DNA of 64,000 nt from the human T2T-CHM13v2.0 reference genome, Homo sapiens, in the NCBI RefSeq assembly GCF_009914755.1, contig NC_060934.1. The stretch is one strand, 5' to 3'. Made by a program: the position numbers and the translations under genes. Within the stretch, counting starts at the first letter, position 1; the number at the start of each line of letters is the position of its first letter. Of the stretch, positions 56,881-64,000 are shown piece after piece. The notes beneath the pieces are model-generated. The model made no database searches and was not told the origin of the DNA. It saw only the letters and a program-made list of their open reading frames with translations.

Positions 56881-57298
56881 TGTGATGGTTAATACTGAGT
56901 GTCAACTTGATTGGGTTGAAAGATGCACAGTATTGATCCTGGGTGTGTCTGTGAGGGTGTTGCCAAAGGAGATTAACATTTGAGTCAGTGGGCTGGGAAA
57001 GGCAGACCCACCCTTAATCTGGGTGGGCACCATCTAAACAGCTGCCAGCATGGCTAGAATATAAAGCAGGCGAAAAAACATGAAAAGACTAGAGTGGCCT
57101 AGCCTCCCAGCCTACATCTTTCTCCCATGCTGCATGCTTCCTGCCCTCAAACACAGGACTCCAACTTCTTCAGTTTTGGGACTCAGACTGGCTCTCCTTG
57201 CTCCTTAGCTTGTAGATGGCCTATTGTGGAACCTTGTAATCCTCTGAGTTAATATTTAATAAACGCCTATATATATATGTATGTATATGTGTGTATAC

Positions 57299-57340
<42 letters not shown>

Positions 57341-57362
57341 GTGTATATATATATGTGTGTGT
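56881..57362 (+). mobile_element. MLT2A (MLT2A1/A2; HERV-L) LTR with TA/CA microsatellite; terminal part apparently missing
   Basis: TGTGATGGTTAATACTGAGTGTCAACTTGATTGG…GGAGATTAACATTTGAGTCAGTGG…AATAAAC followed by TA/CA repeats. Confidence 0.9.
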
Positions 57363-59864
57363 ATTTCTTTGGATCGTGCTTCTCCCGTTAGGAACCTCTC
57401 AGTTGACTATAACCCTTTTTTCAAACCCCCTGCTGACTATACACCTACTCCCTCTGTCCCCTTCTTTTACATTGGCATAACGTTTGCACAAAATAGTGGA
57501 GAACCGCATTGGCCTTTAGAAAAAGAAAGATTTTCCCAAATTTTCTCCGAGACTTGTTTTTCCTTTTACTTCTGCCCATTTGTCATCTTCAAACTTCCAT
57601 CCAGTTCCCTTTGATACTCTATCTTTTCCATTTGGTGGCCAATAGCTAAAAATAATTAAAAGGAAACATTAGAGTTTGGCAACCTCATGAAAAGGCCTGG
57701 GGGGAGGTTGCTAATGTCCCTGAGACCCCCAGAGGAACACAGGAAAGGCACCATTGACTAATTTTCGGAGACTTCTATGTTTCTCACGAAATCCTCAGGT
57801 TCATTGGCAGGTTCTTCTCATGTCTAAACTAAAGCTCTGCTCTCTTTTAAATTAATCTCTCTGAAATCTTTGGCTTTTGAATATATACATGTGCACATGT
57901 GTATGTTTTGTGTTGTGTCTAAATGTATGTATATGTCTGTACATGTGTTTGCATATTGTCCTCATGGTACCAAATTGACTTAAAAATAAATTAATACTCA
58001 CAAATTAAATAACTAACCAAAATGTTTTTCAAGTTCAAATGACCTGGATAAATCTTTAGTAAATATGACTAGTTAAATATTGCTGGTTGAATAGAAAGGG
58101 TTTCTTTTCTAAGTTATAAACAAAATACCCATGTATTTAACTTTAGGGTACTTGCTTTGATGGTAATTGACTATATCATGTGCTATATCATTGATTAATA
58201 GAAAAATAACATAGTCATTAGACTAAGCTTTATCTAATTTCTACTGTATTTTTTCCAAGCATAATTGCTAAGGATGAATAAATCAAATAAATATAAGTAG
58301 AATCAAAGACTACAAAGGTACTCCATTTTAACAACAATTATGTTGCATAATATGTTTACTTAAAGCTTTCTCAAATCTCTTTGACAAGTACACCCTTCAG
58401 GTTTTACTAAGTTAAATTAAGTGATAGGTATTCAACCAAATTTTAGATCATTTTCAAATAAGATAAAATACTAAATTAATAACAAAAGGTTTATCTATTT
58501 TGGCTTCTTATTATAAAGAAACAAAATATATTTTGGTCTGTTAATTAGTATGTTCTGTTTCACATTTTTTAAAATTTGTGGGAAAAGTATTTTTAGAAAT
58601 TACAAAGTATGGATTCATAAAATACTGATATGTAAAAGACAAATGAAATTGCTTACTTTCTAGGTTTTCCCTGGATATTAATGATACTAAGAGTTAAAAG
58701 TCTAATTAATATACATAATTAAAACTACTAAAACTCAGAGAAATAATTTTGTATGTAAAGTGTACAGAAAAGCAAGATATGTTTTTGGTGAAGAAGGTTG
58801 TAAGAAAAAAATAAGAGTATTGCTTTTGTTAAAGAAAAAGTAACTTTTAATAGTTTAGAGGTTAAAGTTAGTTTGTTTTAGAATGAAAAAATATATACAT
58901 AAAACTGAATGAGTAAAAAGTTACAAAAAGATAATGAAAGATAAATCTTAAAATGTATTTGTATGTATGATCAAACTGAATAAAATTAAATTAATTTTAT
59001 GTAGCATTTTTAAAAAGTCTTAATATCAAAAGTACACTGATACAAAACTACAATATGTCTTCTCTTTTCAACAAGATTTTTATATATTAAGAGATAGTAA
59101 GATATTTTTGTTTACCTTTTGAGCGAACTGAAAAGAGAGAGAGATTCTAATGTTATCAAGATATTTTCCTGTGCTTCATGTTTTCTTTATTGGGTCTTTG
59201 ATTATTTAGGAAAACTAAATATTTAAGAAGTTAAGAGTTTTTTTTACAATCATGTAGCTTCCTGTATTAGTTTTTAAAGTCTTTTAATCATGACTCTGGT
59301 TAAATTAATAATTATTATTTTATAATCCATAATTTTATTTTTGATCATGTGTTTCAAAACTATTTTGTGAAACTTTTCAAAATCAAGATTAAGTCTTTTT
59401 AATTTCAAGCAAATTTTTGGACATTGCAGAAAGAACCCTAGACCAACAGAAAGCTATTAAACTGATTAGTCTCATTTGCTATGTTAAAATTATATAAAGA
59501 ACATTGTCAAAATAGAAATTACATTTAACTTTCTTTGAGTTATATTTGGATATGGTATTGACATATATGTTCCAAAATTATATGAGATTCCTAGAAATCT
59601 AATTTATCTTGGTATATGTTATCAGTCATAATTTTAATTATTATGTTTTATTGTTGTAGACCACAGAAATAACCAAATTTCCTTGTCAGTTGCATTATTA
59701 TTATAATGAACTCCCATCCAATCTCTAATCATGGCCATTGTAAATCTTTTTGACCATAAGTGATTGCTTTATTCTAATGCTTTTTTATTTCCCTGAAAGC
59801 TCTTTGCAAATCCTACAGTGTTGTGTCCTCAAGGAGATATGTGGAAAAAATAAAAAGAGCTCTA

Positions 59865-62432
<2,568 letters not shown>

Positions 62433-64000
62433 AAATAAAAAGAGCTCTAACAAATACAGGTTTCTAATAACTTTGAGTTTGTACCATTGGACCCTATTTC
62501 CTAGACTCTAATAAGAAAAAAGCTGGACTCATAAAACTGCCAACATCAACCAGAACAATAATTAATTACATAGTATTGAACTGATGAAGTATTATAATTT
62601 ATGACTCTAAAACATTGCTAATTGTTGTTATGTTTTGTTTTCCAGATTTTATTTTTTTCTCTTAAGCTATGTATAGTTTACAGCAATTTGGTAAAAATTA
62701 CTTTCATAAATAGAATTGAAACATTTACTTTTTTCTTTTTGACTGATCCCTCAAAGTTTTTAAACTATTGATGAGTATATGCATATTATGGCAATATAGT
62801 TACTCATATAAGTTTAATAAAAATCTGTTCTTCTACTAAGAGGACAATTGGAAACACTTGTTATATTACCAAAGTTTTACCTGGAATATCCTATCATCAT
62901 ATATGACCACACAATTTTAAGAAAGTGAGGTTGACTTTATAAAGTCACTAGAAGCTTTTTGGACAATTTGCATGACACCTTGTCTACATGTTTCCCTTAT
63001 AGGATTCCTAGCCTTGTAAGAATGTCGCTTTCTGATAGGCCCAGGAACCTCAAGACATTTTAAGGGTCTTAAGAAGAGAAAAATTCACCCAATTTGTACA
63101 GGAATGACAGGCACAGTCTGAGGATGTGTTCTTAATTCTGGCTTCTAAGCCTCAAAAGGCTTTCTAAAAGGTTAATCTGGGTTTCTTATGAAAAGTTCAA
63201 GCAAAAGCAACGTTAAAAGACCCTATATAGTAAATCACTATTCATGCCCAACTTATGTAAATGATTAGGCCAGTCTTAATGAGACTAAACATATTTTACA
63301 AATTAGTCTTACCACGATTATCTTTGATAGTAATGGGGAGGACTGGATAGAGAAAAATTATGCTACAGGGGGAAAAACTACTATAAGGCAATCATTAATG
63401 GATTCCAGCTCATTGTTTTTAGATTTTATTATTTACCTGCAATTTGAACCAAATCCTGAATTGTTTTCTGGCTGCAAGTCTCTGAACTAACATTTCGAAA
63501 GTTTTCTTCCATTTTTCCATCTTGGTCTCACTGCAGTTAAAACTGCTTTTTTGGAATCCCACAAGTCAAAACTGATTGACTGGATTAGACTTCAGAGAAA
63601 TTACCACACATTCAAACAGCAATCCAGAAAAATCTTCCAGATTGCCACCTCCTCTTCCTGCTCCAACTAAAGATCCTTCAAACCCAAATCCAGGAATCTT
63701 CTCAACTGATCACCTTCCAAACTCTAGAAAACTAGTTTTTAGACTACTCTAGACAATTGGCTTTGTTTTTCCTCTGTTTCCATACAACTGCTTCTTAATG
63801 AAGATCAGTTTGTCTGCATCATATATTGAGGCTAACTTTGAAAGCCCAATACCATCTTGTAGAATTAGACACAACTGTTTAATTAAACTGCACTATTCCC
63901 AGTGATGGGAGACTGGTTTAATAGGATATTTTGCCACTCAGCTACAAACTTGGTTATTTTTTCTCAACAGCTACCAGCTGTGTGGGTTTTTGTGCATGAA

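Overview
This is primate (probably human or great ape) AT-rich, CpG-poor, repeat-dominated genomic DNA. I find no supportable intact protein-coding gene, RNA gene, CpG island or CRISPR array. The ORF-track hits are decayed L1 ORF1/ORF2 pieces, Alu or microsatellite read-throughs, or short unrecognised ORFs. Positions 1-43 kb are mostly nested LINE-1s: two near-full-length antisense L1MA elements inside older L1s, a twin-primed L1PA, plus Alus, MIRs, a THE1 and an MLT1 LTR, and a piggyBac-derived MER75. Positions 45-64 kb are an ERV/LTR pile-up: about 11 LTRs in 12 kb, many nested with readable TSDs, and a decayed MER4-group ERV1 provirus with a tRNA-Ser PBS that carries an L1PA4-like insertion. 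The best lead is a solo HERV-H LTR7 whose poly(A)-signal position reads as a consensus splice donor (CAG|GTGAGT) about 60 nt downstream of an intact TATA box. It points toward a unique segment with a candidate acceptor exon and a dense TF-motif cluster. Repeat family names come from my recall of consensus sequences and need RepeatMasker/Dfam confirmation. Boundaries without TSDs are approximate.
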